Below are positions 10,394-21,225 of a stretch of DNA of 44,569 nt, piece after piece. Position 1 is the stretch's first letter. Every line of letters starts with the position of its first letter. The stretch is taken from contig NW_021834883.1 of NCBI RefSeq assembly GCF_006345805.1, forward strand, positions 1 through 44,569. The letters run 5' to 3'. A model generated the notes under the pieces. It saw only the letters and a program-made list of their open reading frames with translations, did not search any database and was not told where the DNA came from. This DNA comes from Octopus sinensis (lineage: Eukaryota). Made by a program: the position numbers and the translations under genes.

Positions 10394-11173
10394 AAGACTG
10401 CTCCAATCTGGCCAGTACACACACATAACATCCCCACCAACACAAAAAACACACAAACATACACACGCGCGCACACAGACGCACACATACACATGCGAAC
10501 AAACACATACACACAGTTGCTCACACAACACCCTAACAAATATTAATCACACACATACACACACACACACATATACACACAGAAACATTTACATACACCA
10601 CAATAAGCTCTGCGACCAATCAAAAACGGCCCACAAACACATGTATATACACACACACAGAGACATACAGACACACACACTCACACCATTCTGACCTCTA
10701 AGACCAGTCCCAAAAATCACTGAACCATGACAGACTAGCCCAGAAACAAAAAAAATCCTTTCAATTCTACATTGCTCTTTCTTCCCCCCAACCCAATCAA
10801 CCTCCCACACTGTCCCTTAAAATAGCAAACAACCTGTAGCTTCACACAAAATAAAAAATGCTTAAACGGGTCAGTTCATCTCAAATTCTTTGTAAACTCC
10901 TAAATATATCTTCTTCTGTGTGTATGTATATATATATATACTACCAAATATGACTTTTCCTAATACTTTTCTGTGTATGTATATAGATACTTCCAAACAA
11001 ACATGATTTTTAATGAACTCCTAATATTTTTATTGCACTTTTTGTCAAGATATTGCCTTGTAAACTGTTTTTAACATTTTTTTATTATTATCAAAGAAGG
11101 TATATATGTATTTTAATATTTTGTGACAACCAGTGCTTAACACAACAAAGCTTATACAAAGCTTTACATTTTA

Positions 11174-11213
11174 CTTTTGACAATCTTTTTCTAAAAAAGT
11201 GAAACCGGTCAAG
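11174..11213 (+). ncRNA. Decayed minimal hammerhead motif
   Basis: CTT TTGACAA TCTTTTT-CTA-AAAAAGT GAAA C CG GTC AAG. Stem I (CTT/AAG), stem II and the palindromic stem III ACCGGT are retained; the core CTGAnGA is mutated to TTGACAA. Confidence 0.45.
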
Positions 11214-11265
11214 TGAATAAACATCTTTAAAATTGCATTTTCAAACCTTCTTTCATATATATATA

Positions 11266-11266
<1 letters not shown>

Positions 11267-11306
<40 letters not shown>
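11267..11306. repeat. (TG)n microsatellite
   Basis: Directly visible. Confidence 0.95.
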
Positions 11307-11309
<3 letters not shown>

Positions 11310-11384
11310 GGTAGATAGATAGATAAATAAATGGAGTTAAACACAGTTGTTATTCAAATCTTTATACTTCCGACATATGTTTTG

Positions 11385-11636
11385 AAGAAAACATTGGTAT
11401 TATTTCAGAAGGAATAAAATGATGTAAAACAATGCAATCCTCTCATCAGGTAAAAAATGAAAACAAAACGCATCAAGAAAACATTTTAACCAAATGTGAT
11501 TACTGCATATATGCAGTAATCACATTCAGTTAAAATGTCTTATCTATGCATTTTGTTTCTCTTTTTTTCCCCTGATGAGAAGATTGCATTGTTTTATATC
11601 ATTTTATTCCTCCTGGAATTATACCAATGTTTTCTT
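11385..11636. repeat. 252-bp loopless fold-back palindrome
   Basis: Centre GATTACTGCATA|TATGCAGTAATC at 11509/11510; arms of about 125 bp, roughly 85% complementary by hand alignment. Confidence 0.9.
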
Positions 11637-11645
11637 GTGCAGTAG

Positions 11646-12215
11646 ATGGGCAAGAAAACAGGATGCTTGAAAATGATGAAGGATGAAAATCCAAACATGT
11701 TGATTGTCCATTGCATCATGCACCAAGAAAACTTGGTTGCCAAGAAACTGTCCCTCTGTTCTTAATGAGATTCTACGAGCTATGATCAAGTGTGTCAATA
11801 GCTTTAAAGCAGATCCCAAAGTCGAATGCCTGTTTAACCCTTTCATTACCAACCCGGCTGAAACTGGCTCTGGCTCTGAGTACAAATGTCTTTTCATAAG
11901 TTTTTAATTAAAATCTTCCACCAAACCTTAGTCACAATTTACGTTCCTAACACTAGCTGAATGATAACCATAACCAAGTTATTTTACTAAATTCTTTGTT
12001 ATATTTAAAGTAATTGAAAGAAACACAGAGCATCTCAAAATAAATACAGTAACGAAAGGGTTAAGCAGTTTTATGTAAATCAAAGTGCCAAGCATGTTTG
12101 ATTATTGCTTCATACAGAAATGGCTATCAAGTGGAAATAGCTTAAAAAGGTTCAGGGAATTATTTGATCAGCTTAACGACTTTCTCAGTGATAAACGTAA
12201 AATGAAATATTCTAA
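11646..12215 (+). mobile_element. hAT transposase fossil interrupted by a TTAA MITE
   Basis: HCIMHQENLVAKKL (CxxH motif), IKCVNSFKADPKVECLF|KQF, LLLHTE..WLSSGNSLKRF (HTEVRWLS motif), with frameshifts. Confidence 0.85.
11838..12060. mobile_element. piggyBac-like MITE, copy 1 (223 bp)
   Basis: TTAA at 11834-11837 and 12061-12064; TIR CCCTTTCATTAC...GTAACGAAAGGG. Excision restores the host hAT frame. Confidence 0.9.
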
Positions 12216-12578
12216 ATATTCTACAGTCTGACGACTGTCCTTAGTTGCACAGCTCAGTGAGTTCTTATACACCATGTAAATTCAGACGCTGTTATTCAGT
12301 TGTAAGTCAACACTAATTTAACAGACCTAATATGAAAGACATTCCTGCCATGGCCATTCCATTTTTTTATAATTTCTGAAATTATTATTACCTAATGTAT
12401 GTATCTACACATATGTGAGCATATAAGAATGTATCTATCTATCGAGTATGTACACATATGCGTGTATGTTTGTGTGTACTGAAGGGTATATATTTGGTGC
12501 ATAATTATTGCGGCTTTTTTCAACAAATTTTATTCAACAAAAACAATATTTGTAAACATTGAAAGAATGCACATACAT

Positions 12579-12632
<54 letters not shown>

Positions 12633-12753
12633 GTGCATTCTTTATCACAAAATAACACTTAAAGGATATAACCTAAATTACCAGCTATATATATAATGTA
12701 CTTCATTAATTATATCATACTTTAATTAATACTTATATTTATTAAATATGAAG

Positions 12754-12873
12754 GAACTACACATGTTTCCGTATTGGAAGATTACAATATATATACATAT
12801 ACACAACTGTATACCTATATATATATATATGCAGTCATAAGATTTACAATTATTCTAACATCTCTTCAGGTTC
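12754..12873 (-). ncRNA. Hammerhead motif with a TA-rich insertion in the stem II loop
   Basis: Minus strand: GAAC CTGAAGA [GATGTTAGAA ... TTCCAATACG] GAAA C ATGT GTA GTTC. Stem I GAAC/GTTC is perfect, the cleavage triplet is GTA, stem II is partly mismatched. Confidence 0.55.
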
Positions 12874-13160
12874 TATTTCAAAATATTATATATCTAATTT
12901 TACATCCCTTTTAAAATTAAGCATTAAAGATTAAAAATTAGAAATTAGAAATTAAGAATAAAAAATTAAGAATAAAAATTATACTTTGTAATATTAGGAA
13001 TTAAAATTTTAAAATTATACATTATAAATGTGAATTAGTATATATATCAATCATGTAAAATCAAGTATATATCAAATACAGAATGTGAAATATAAGATTT
13101 AAACATCAGAATAAAAATGTCTGTGTTTAAATTTAATATATAACAAGAAAAATTCAAATA

Positions 13161-13670
13161 CATGGAGGAGGATCTGTGATGATCTGGGGGGTTCTGTATC
13201 TTAGAAATCCGTCAGCAGAATTAATAGTCAAGACTATTTAAGCATCATATCTGTTCAAATTCATCCTATGCTTGCGGAACTGTTTCTGGAGGGAAACACA
13301 ATTTTTCAGGATGATAATGCACCAATTCACACAGCTAAAGTTGTTACTGAATGGCATGAGAAACATTCTAGTGAAGTTGAACATCTTATCTGGCCACCAC
13401 AGTCCCCATATCTCAATATTATTGAACATTTATGGTACATTTTAGAAAAACAAGTAAGGAGTTGATATTTTCCACTATCATCACAACAAGAACTGGAGAC
13501 TGCTTTAGCTGAAGAATGGACAAAAATTCCTTTGGAAACAATTCAAACTTTGTGTGAGACCATACCTCATAGAATTTCAGCTGTAATTACTGCCAAAGGT
13601 GGTCCTACCCCATATTAAAATAAATTTGTTTGAAATTTTAAGGTGTTCCCATTATTTTGTCCAACCTCTG
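13161..13670 (+). mobile_element. Tc1-family transposase C-terminal fragment with 3' TIR
   Basis: HGGGSVMIWG, IFQDDNAPIHTAK, WPPQSPYLNIIEHLW, AVITAKGGPTPY*, then TIR ...TTTTGTCCAACCTCTG-TA. Confidence 0.92.
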
Positions 13671-13674
13671 TATG

Positions 13675-13745
<71 letters not shown>

Positions 13746-13746
13746 A
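13671..13746. repeat. (TA)n(TG)n microsatellite
   Basis: Directly visible. Confidence 0.95.
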
Positions 13747-14214
13747 TGCCATGTTATTTTGTATCTCTAACAATTACAGTGTAAACAAGTCCTATAAAAC
13801 TTTGAAGCTTACATTGTTAGGTTTATTCTGAAATATTGTGATGGATTCTTTTTTGGAATATAACGCCCATCAAATTACTTCAGCATTGTTTTGACAGATT
13901 TCTTGATGTTTAAGAATGTCAGTTTGGCAAATCTGAATTATCAAACAAAAATTTGAAATGTTTATAAAACATCTTTCTTGACACTAGGAAAAGTTAATGT
14001 AAAACAGTGGTTAGAAATAAAGAAATAAAATATTAGGGATTCAAACCAGAATTATGAATTCAACCCATGATATAAGAATTGCTAAGAAAAGTATCATCTC
14101 TTAAATCATCCTCATTTTATTCAGGTATCTGAAATTAGAACATCAATGAAATAACTCAGTACTGTTATGTTGTGTTACTCCAACACTTAGTTCGTCTTGT
14201 CTCCTTTAGTTTTA

Positions 14215-14590
14215 TCCATACATCCATCTCCACCCAATATTCTTAGGAGAGCCATGTGGAGTAGTGTCCTCATGTGGCACCTTTATAAAGTCTTGTCAGA
14301 AGCAACTGTTATTACACTTGTTGGATTCCCATGTGTGATCAACTGAGACTATGGATATTATCCAACCACCTTGTTCTTAGTCCACTGCTAGGTCACCTGT
14401 CAGTCGGCTCAGCTTGATGAATCCATGTTGTAACTCTTCCTGCGACATTTTTATCACATATCCATAATGCCAGAACTGTGACCTCTCAATGTGGAAAAAT
14501 ACCAGTTTGTCCTGGAGAAACTCCCTAGTCTCTGAGCTATACATCTTGTTGGGTGATGTTACTCTTGAGGTCCTCCAGAGGAACCCAATA
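14215..14590 (-). mobile_element. Decayed RTE/RTEX-type LINE C-terminal fragment
   Basis: Minus strand gives HIERSQFWHYGYV and GLRTRWLDNIHSLS*SHMGI, resembling IERSQLRWYGHV...PRTRWLDNI. Confidence 0.55.
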
Positions 14591-15259
14591 ATAATGTCAT
14601 GTCAGAATGATAAGTCTAATTCAGGAAAATCAAACTGCTAATTGCTGTTCATTGTAGAAGATAAGGTTCCAAACAACAAATTCTTAAGTGATAAGTTCAT
14701 ATCCTATTGCAGTTATATGTTATCTTTAGAAGCAATTTTATTTGTCTCTATTAATTTAGCTACAGAATAAATGGTAATCTTTTTGGAGTGAAGTTACTGT
14801 AATATATTAGTGTTCCATCAAGGAGAATGTTATATAAATTGAGCATAAGAACTGACACTAACAACACCTGTGATTTGTAAAACAATACTCTAATAACTGA
14901 CCTCACCACTTCTACCCATGTCTCTCTCTACAAATGGTACATTACACCAATAACACACAACACTCATTGTCCTTATACATTATTCTATAACTTTAGTTAT
15001 GCTCTTTCTAAGTTCACTTCTACTCTGCCTTTCATACACATTAATATTGCACATCCAACAAATCATATTTACCTTATTTATTTTCAAATTTATCACAAAC
15101 ATCACCCTTCTTATACCTACTGCTTACATTCAGATTTTAGTATCGAGAGAGAATTGTTTTGTTGCTGACAGAGACATCTCCCTACCAACACTTCCTTACG
15201 GTAGCAGCTATTTTCACATTAATTCCACCTTCATATAATTAGATTGCCTGAATGTATTA

Positions 15260-15600
15260 ATTAGCTCACAGAAACCATATCTGTTGAGCTTTGAATTGTT
15301 CATGGGACTTCTATTCTTAGGAGCCCTTACTACTAAATACTTTTGTACATGTATTATGTTTAAAGTTCTGGTTTTTGTCAGTTTGCTACTATCCCACTGT
15401 AATTTTGTGAATCTAGGCTTTACATTGAGTACAGCTTTGAGTGCCCATCTGTAATATTGAGCAAGACTATTTCCTTTGTACCATGCTCACCAACAAGGAA
15501 TTTGATCTTGTGTTACTGATATTAGGTGTTTGCTCTCTGGACCATTTTTTAAGGCAGGTTTGGAACTATTTCCATAATTCTTTGAAATATTTTTCTAAAC
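15260..15600 (-). mobile_element. Possible decayed CR1-like RT C-terminal fragment
   Basis: Weak resemblance (LKLYS-like segment at about 15430) in a sequence full of stops. Confidence 0.3.
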
Positions 15601-15658
15601 TTGAAATACATTTGTGTTCCTTTATTAATATACTTTTTGACTATTTCTTTTCCTCCAG

Positions 15659-15759
15659 CTATTGTTGATGAAGCAAAAGAAGAGAAGGAACAAGAAAATC
15701 CCGAAGAAGATAGTCGAAGAAATTTAGCTTTCCTTCTTGAAAAAGTTGAAGGATGTTCT
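15659..15759 (+). CDS. EXOC8: Exocyst complex component 8 (Exo84), internal coding exon: xIVDEAKEEKEQENPEEDSRRNLAFLLEKVEGCS
   Basis: Acceptor TTTCTTTTCCTCCAG, donor GTAAGT (15760), 101 nt, phase 1 in and phase 0 out. LLEKVEGC matches the conserved EXOC8 motif just before the PH domain (recalled from human EXOC8). Confidence 0.93.
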
Positions 15760-16309
15760 GTAAGTTTTTTTGTTTATTTTTTTTCTTCTTCAACTAAGCT
15801 TTTGTGCTCTACTATTCATACATGTCAGAGATTTGTATCTGAAACATCAGTTGTCATACTTTATTTGGCATCAACGCCATGGTGAAGAAGACAACGAAAT
15901 AAAGAATGGTCACATTGCAACCCCATAAATTTATCTGCCACAGGGGCTGATGTGCATGTGTTCATGCATCTCTTTTTTAATTTTATCCAAAGAAGAGAAG
16001 CAGTACCCTTCACCTTTACTGGTCTTTGCAATCTGGCCAGCTTCATGTGATTAAAATTCAACTTAAATATCTCAATGAAGAACACAATCAGGGTGAGAGT
16101 TTCAAAGGATTGCAGTTCTGAAGAGGAAGGATTGGGCAAGATCTAAATGTTTGGGAAAATGGGATATCATAAGGAGGATCGGACAATAAAAAGAAGCATG
16201 TATTGGATGGGTGTAAGTGAAGTTAGGTTTCTAACTAAGAGAAGCAGGAACTGTCATAGAAGCAACAAAGAAGACAGAGAGAGAACTTAGCATATCAGTG
16301 GGTAAATTA

Positions 16310-16770
16310 GCCAGCCTCGCCTGGCCCCCATGCTGGTGGCACGTAAAAGCACCATCCGTTCGTGTCCGTTGCCAGCCTCGCCTGGCCCCCGTGCCGGTGG
16401 CACGTAAAAGCACCATCCGCTCGCATCCATTGCCAGCCTCGCCTGGCCCCCGTGCCGGTGGCACGTAAAAGCACCATCCGTTCGTGGCCGTTTGCCAGCT
16501 CTGTCTGGCACCTGTGCGGGTGGCACGTAAAAGCACCATCCGTTCGTGGCCGTTTGCCAGCTCTGTCTGGCACCTGTGCGGGTGGCACGTAAAAAGCACC
16601 CACTACACTCACAGAGTGGTTGGCGTTAGGAAGGGCATCCAGCCGTAGAAACACTGCCAGATCTGACTGGGCCTGATGCGGCCTTCCGGCTTCACAGACC
16701 CCAGTTGAACCGTCCAACCCATGCTAGCATGGAAAATGGACGTTAAACGATGATGATGATGATGATGATG
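16310..16770 (+). mobile_element. RTE 3' UTR copy with five near-perfect 61-62 bp tandem modules and (GAT)n tail
   Basis: Five GGTGGCACGTAAAAGCACC cores at 61-62 bp spacing, the conserved tail and (GAT)n at 16749-16770. Confidence 0.88.
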
Positions 16771-17036
16771 GATAGCCTCTGTTTGGGTATCTTTAGGGAT
16801 ATTTACCTGAGCAAGATCTTGGCATATGATAATAACCAATTGGATAAAACTGCATTATTTCTTTAAGGTAGCATGACTATGTTATAACTACCATACTCAC
16901 AGATTTAAATATATATATACTGCTTTACATATTTACCCTGCACATGTAAGTGAAAGCAGGATATTATAATCGCTTATCCTTGTCTGTGTGTTTGCAAAAT
17001 TACTGGAAACCGGCTGAACGAGTTTTCATTAGTTAT

Positions 17037-17609
17037 GGCAGAAATACTTATTGCGTGAGTGTCTCAAACTCATTAAATTTTGGTTTGATTATCTTCAAAA
17101 CTGGTGGACAGGTGAATCAAAATGTTTTTGTTTTTTTATTCTTTGTGACATATGCATAAACGATAAGCAGGAGAAATAACTCTTGATGTCATTCTGAGAA
17201 TTCATCTGAGAATATATTTATTAGATTAAATGTTATTTTATCCTTGTGTGCATGCAGGGTATGCATCACCCCTTCAATACTTTTTCTTCATTTATATCTG
17301 TTTTTACTTCCTAAGATATTTTACTAGCTGTGACTTACACTTTTGCCTCAGTTTGAGTTTACATTTGGGTGAATTCTCAAAATTTGTTTCCCTAGGCCTT
17401 CAGAGTAATGAAGACTGATTTTATTTTGTTTTTAAAACATGACAAGTTAGTCTTCAGTATGGCACAAATACTCATTGGGTGAGTGTCTCAAACTCATTAA
17501 ATTTTGGCTTGATCATCTTCAAAACTGGTGGACAGGTGAATCAAAATTCTTTGTGATATATGCATAAACGATAAGCAGGAGAAATAACTCTTGATGTCAT
17601 TCTGAGAAT
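17037..17609. repeat. Pair of 150-165 bp direct repeats separated by about 260 bp
   Basis: 17037-17201 and 17461-17609 share GTGAGTGTCTCAAACTCATTAAATTTTGG...GATGTCATTCTGAGAAT; the second copy has a small deletion. Confidence 0.9.
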
Positions 17610-17899
17610 GACCTAAATTATATGAATTTATAATGATATTGTTCGCAAGGTTTTTGTGTCAATACAACCTCTCATGGGTTGGGTTTTTTTTTTTAGGAAA
17701 TTGTTGTTTTTATTCTTAAATTCTAGATACATTTAATAAACTTAAACCTTTTTTTTTTCTATTTTGTGGGTACTACATTTTTAGCAGAAAATTGTAATTT
17801 GTGATTGGTTTTGACTAATGTCAAAGCTCTTTTTGCCTAAAATAAATTCTAATTCATTTCCAGACCTTGAAATCATGGAAATTCAAAAATGTTGCTTAT

Positions 17900-18110
17900 T
17901 TTAAAAACATGTTTCTACAACGATTCCCACATCTCTCAGTTAGAAACTTCACTTATACCCATTTAACATACTTCATTTTCCTTGTCTCATCATCCTTATG
18001 TTATCTCATCTTTAGACTCCACTCAATACTTTCTTTAATGGAATTGCAACCCTCTGGAACTCTCATCCTGATTGGGCTCTTCCCAGAGACGTTTAAGTAT
18101 TTTAAAAACT
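17900..18110 (+). mobile_element. Decayed CR1/L2-like LINE C-terminal fragment
   Basis: HHPYVI..., LNTFFNGIATLWNSHPDWALP resembles the HPY....SFF.RT..LWNSLP..VFP motif. Confidence 0.5.
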
Positions 18111-18586
18111 GTCATTCATGCAAGGGAGACAATTTATGAATGTTATTGAAAAGGAAGAAGTGATGTGGTGGGGGTTAATGTGAACAAGCCAAATGAGATA
18201 TCCTAAGAGTTAGTAAGACAGCATAATGAAATAGGAACTAATAGAGATACAACAACAAGAACTAAAGAAGATCTGCCTTATCTGCTTCTTTTATACCCTG
18301 TGCTCCTCGTCTCTACTTTTTCATTTGACCCATGCAAGCACAGAAAAAATAGGCATTAAAATAATGATGATGATATACTATGCTATTAGTGTAACTAAAA
18401 ATGATAGTGGATGTCTCCTCCTCACTGCAACATGTTTCCACTATAACCAGACTGGCTGAAAATTAAAAACAATAAAAATGAAATGCTTAAATGTTAGTAA
18501 AGAAATTTTCTTCCAAAAAAACCCCAGAAACTTAAGCATGTGAGGTTGATATTGTACAACTCTACCAATATATATTGAGTAATGTG

Positions 18587-19104
18587 CAGGGTTATTCAAA
18601 AAGAATGAACCGATTTCATTATGCAATATTTTAATAAGGAGAAGCAATAGAAAACTCCAGCTAAGTTACAAGTATTTACTCACAATCAACTTTTATTTCC
18701 TGTCTTACAAGTGTTCAGTGTGGCCACCACCTGCAGTATAGGCAATATCAGTGCGATATGAGAATTCCTCCCAGATGTGTATCAACATATCACAATCCAC
18801 TGAGTGGAAGTTAGTTGGTAGCGGTGGAGTTTTCTAAGTTTTGAATGACTGCCACACCTTAAACATTGAATAACTACCATGATCAACTCAGTGGATTGTG
18901 ATATGCTGATACACGTCTGGGAGGGACTCTCTTATCACATTGATGTTGCCCATACTGCGGGTGGTGGCCACATTGAACACTTGTAAGACAGGAAATAAAA
19001 GTTGATTGTGAGTAAATACTTGTGGCTTAGCTGGTGGTTTCTATTGCTTTTTCTTATTAAAATATTGCGTAATGAAATCAGTTCATTCTTTTTGAATAAC
19101 CCCG
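18587..19104. mobile_element. 518-bp fold-back Tc1/mariner-derived element with 219-bp inverted arms
   Basis: Arms 18587-18805 and 18886-19104, about 20 mismatches by hand count. Each arm encodes a transposase C-terminus (..GGGHIEHL*). Right flank is TA, left flank is TG. Confidence 0.92.
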
Positions 19105-19149
19105 TATATTGGTTTCAAAATATGGATCAAGGCCGGCATTTTTTTTTTG

Positions 19150-19325
19150 TTGGTGGGTGTAAGTCGATTGCATAAATTGCAGTGTTCAACTGGTACTTAT
19201 TTTATCAACTCCCAAAAGGAGGAAAGGCAAATCAACCTTGGTAGAATTTAAACTAAGAACATAAAGATAGATGAAATGCCACTAAGCATTTTGCCTGGCA
19301 TGCTAACAATTTTTCCCATTCACTC
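19150..19325 (-). mobile_element. tRNA-headed SINE, family A, degenerate
   Basis: Reverse complement matches the 34775-35005 copy (ATTTGCCTTTCCTCCTTTTGGGAGTTGATAAAATAAGTACCAG). Confidence 0.7.
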
Positions 19326-19359
19326 CCATTCATATTGAGTAACATATTCTTTTGTTCTT

Positions 19360-19569
19360 TTACGTGTTTCAGTCATTTGACTGACCATGCTGGAGCACTG
19401 CCTTAAAGGGTTTTAGTCAAAGAAATCAACCCCAGGACTTTGTAAGCCTAGTACTTATTCTATCAGTTTCTTTTTCTGAACATGGGGACATACACACACT
19501 GATGTTGGTTGTCAAGTGATGGTGGAGACAGACACACAGATAAATATACATACATACTTACGTACGTAT

Positions 19570-19605
<36 letters not shown>

Positions 19606-19750
19606 ATATCCAGCAGGCTTCTTTCAGTTTCTGCCTACCAGATCCACTCATAAGGCTTTGATCGACCCTAGTTGCCATGCAGTGGGACTAAACCCAGAAC
19701 CTTGTGGTTGAGAAGCAAGCTTCTTACCACACAACCATGCCTGTGCCTAC
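19360..19750 (-). mobile_element. tRNA-headed SINE, family B, with internal (TA)n
   Basis: Reverse complement has head GGCACAGGCATGGTTGTGTGGTAAGAAGC..GGGTTTAGTCCCACTGCATGGC and matches 27083-27445. Confidence 0.75.
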
Positions 19751-19829
19751 TGAATTTATTGAATTGATATTGTTTAACCTATTAACATTTAGATTTCTTT
19801 TTCAAGTGTTTTGCTTATTTACTCACAAC

Positions 19830-20006
19830 TACGATTTCCATTGTAGTTGTGATACCCATGCTGGTGGCACATAAAAAGCACCATCCGAAAGTGGATGATG
19901 CCAGCACTGCCTTGACTGGCATTTGTGCTGGTGGCAAGTAAAAAGCACCAACCAATTGTGGCTGTTGCCAGCCTCCACTGGTCCCTGTGCCGGTGGCACG
20001 TAAAAA
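19830..20006 (+). mobile_element. Truncated RTE 3' UTR module array (three modules)
   Basis: Three GGTGGCA..AAAAAGCACC-type cores, ending abruptly after GGCACGTAAAAA. Confidence 0.75.
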
Positions 20007-20695
20007 TTATTTAACCAAGTGTTGAATACATATTTAATTAACCAAGTGATTTCCATAGGATTACAACCATTTTACAACTTCCTTCATGTAGAACTAATTT
20101 CAGTATGCAAGAAATTATAGTAAGCATTCTAGTCAAGATATATTGTGTTGCTATTAATATAAAAAATTTTCTTCACATGTAAACATCCTCATATGAAATA
20201 AGTAGAAGTGCTCGATAGAAAATAAAGAATTAACCATCTTCAATTTAGAATAGATAACAAGGAGAAAGAAAAAATAGAGATAAAGTAAAAATAAAACAAG
20301 AAAATATATAAAAATATAAGCTGATGATATACAAGAATTTTTTTTTTTTTTACCAAAGTAATTAAACAGATAGGTAAGTAGTGGGGGAAAAAAGCAGTTC
20401 ACAAATGGAAGCTTCTCCAGAATTCGTGGATGAATGCATAGACAGAGAGGTCACAGCAATACCAAGAAATTGTGTTCAACAAACAATAAACAAAACAGCA
20501 GAAAGCAATTGAGCTTTCAAGAATTTTACTCATACATGAGTCACCCTTCATATGCTTATCAGCTGGAGTAAACAATTTACATACACACAAACATGTATAC
20601 ACTTTCACACCTTTGTGTATGTGTGTGTATAAACACACACACAACTAGAATGCTAATCAAATCAATGTAAACATTGTCCAGTTCTGGGCTTCCAT

Positions 20696-20698
<3 letters not shown>

Positions 20699-20764
<66 letters not shown>
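20699..20764. repeat. (TA)n microsatellite
   Basis: Directly visible. Confidence 0.95.
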
Positions 20765-20768
<4 letters not shown>

Positions 20769-20989
20769 AGTGAATTTTTCCTATGTATAGTTAGAGTTGA
20801 CCTGTTGATGTAACTATGATGATCTGGTGATCTGATGAGCTAGCTTTCTTTTATTTGCATTAGTTTGTGAATATGCAATTGTATAATGATGATCATACAT
20901 GTTAATGCAAAACACTTTACAGAGTGTACTGTGTACTTTTTACATGGCACCAATAGCAGTGAGGTCACTTACCTAACTTGCAAGACAAG

Positions 20990-21225
20990 ACTCCTCAACT
21001 GAGGGGATGAGTAGTATTGAGGGACAAAAAAAGTCTTGCATTTGAGGGGAGATACAACTGCCTCAGGGTGGGAAGTGATTGACAATGTTGAGTGGACACA
21101 GGTAGTGGGATAGAGGTATTAGGAGGATATGTTATAAGGAAGAGATCCAACTGAGATATATTGTGTACAGGTAGGTTGGTAGGTGAGAGAAAGTTGAAGA
21201 AAATGCAGTGGGTATTGAACATGGA
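20990..21225 (-). mobile_element. Possible decayed LINE APE fragment
   Basis: Minus ORF contains QLDLFLITYPP, similar to the LDLFLTSNP motif of CR1/L2-group endonucleases. Confidence 0.35.

Noticed and set aside
14126-14155. Acceptor-like TTTTATTCAG as a possible upstream EXOC8 exon
   Set aside because: All three frames reach a stop within ten codons and none resembles the EXOC8 N-terminus.
16310-16600. CRISPR-like repeat-spacer array
   Set aside because: The apparent spacers are near-identical, there are no cas genes, the context is eukaryotic, and the array is continuous with an RTE 3' tail.
20833-20849. CTGATGAGCTAGCTTTC hammerhead-like start
   Set aside because: It is followed by TTTC rather than GAAA on the same strand, so the core is incomplete.
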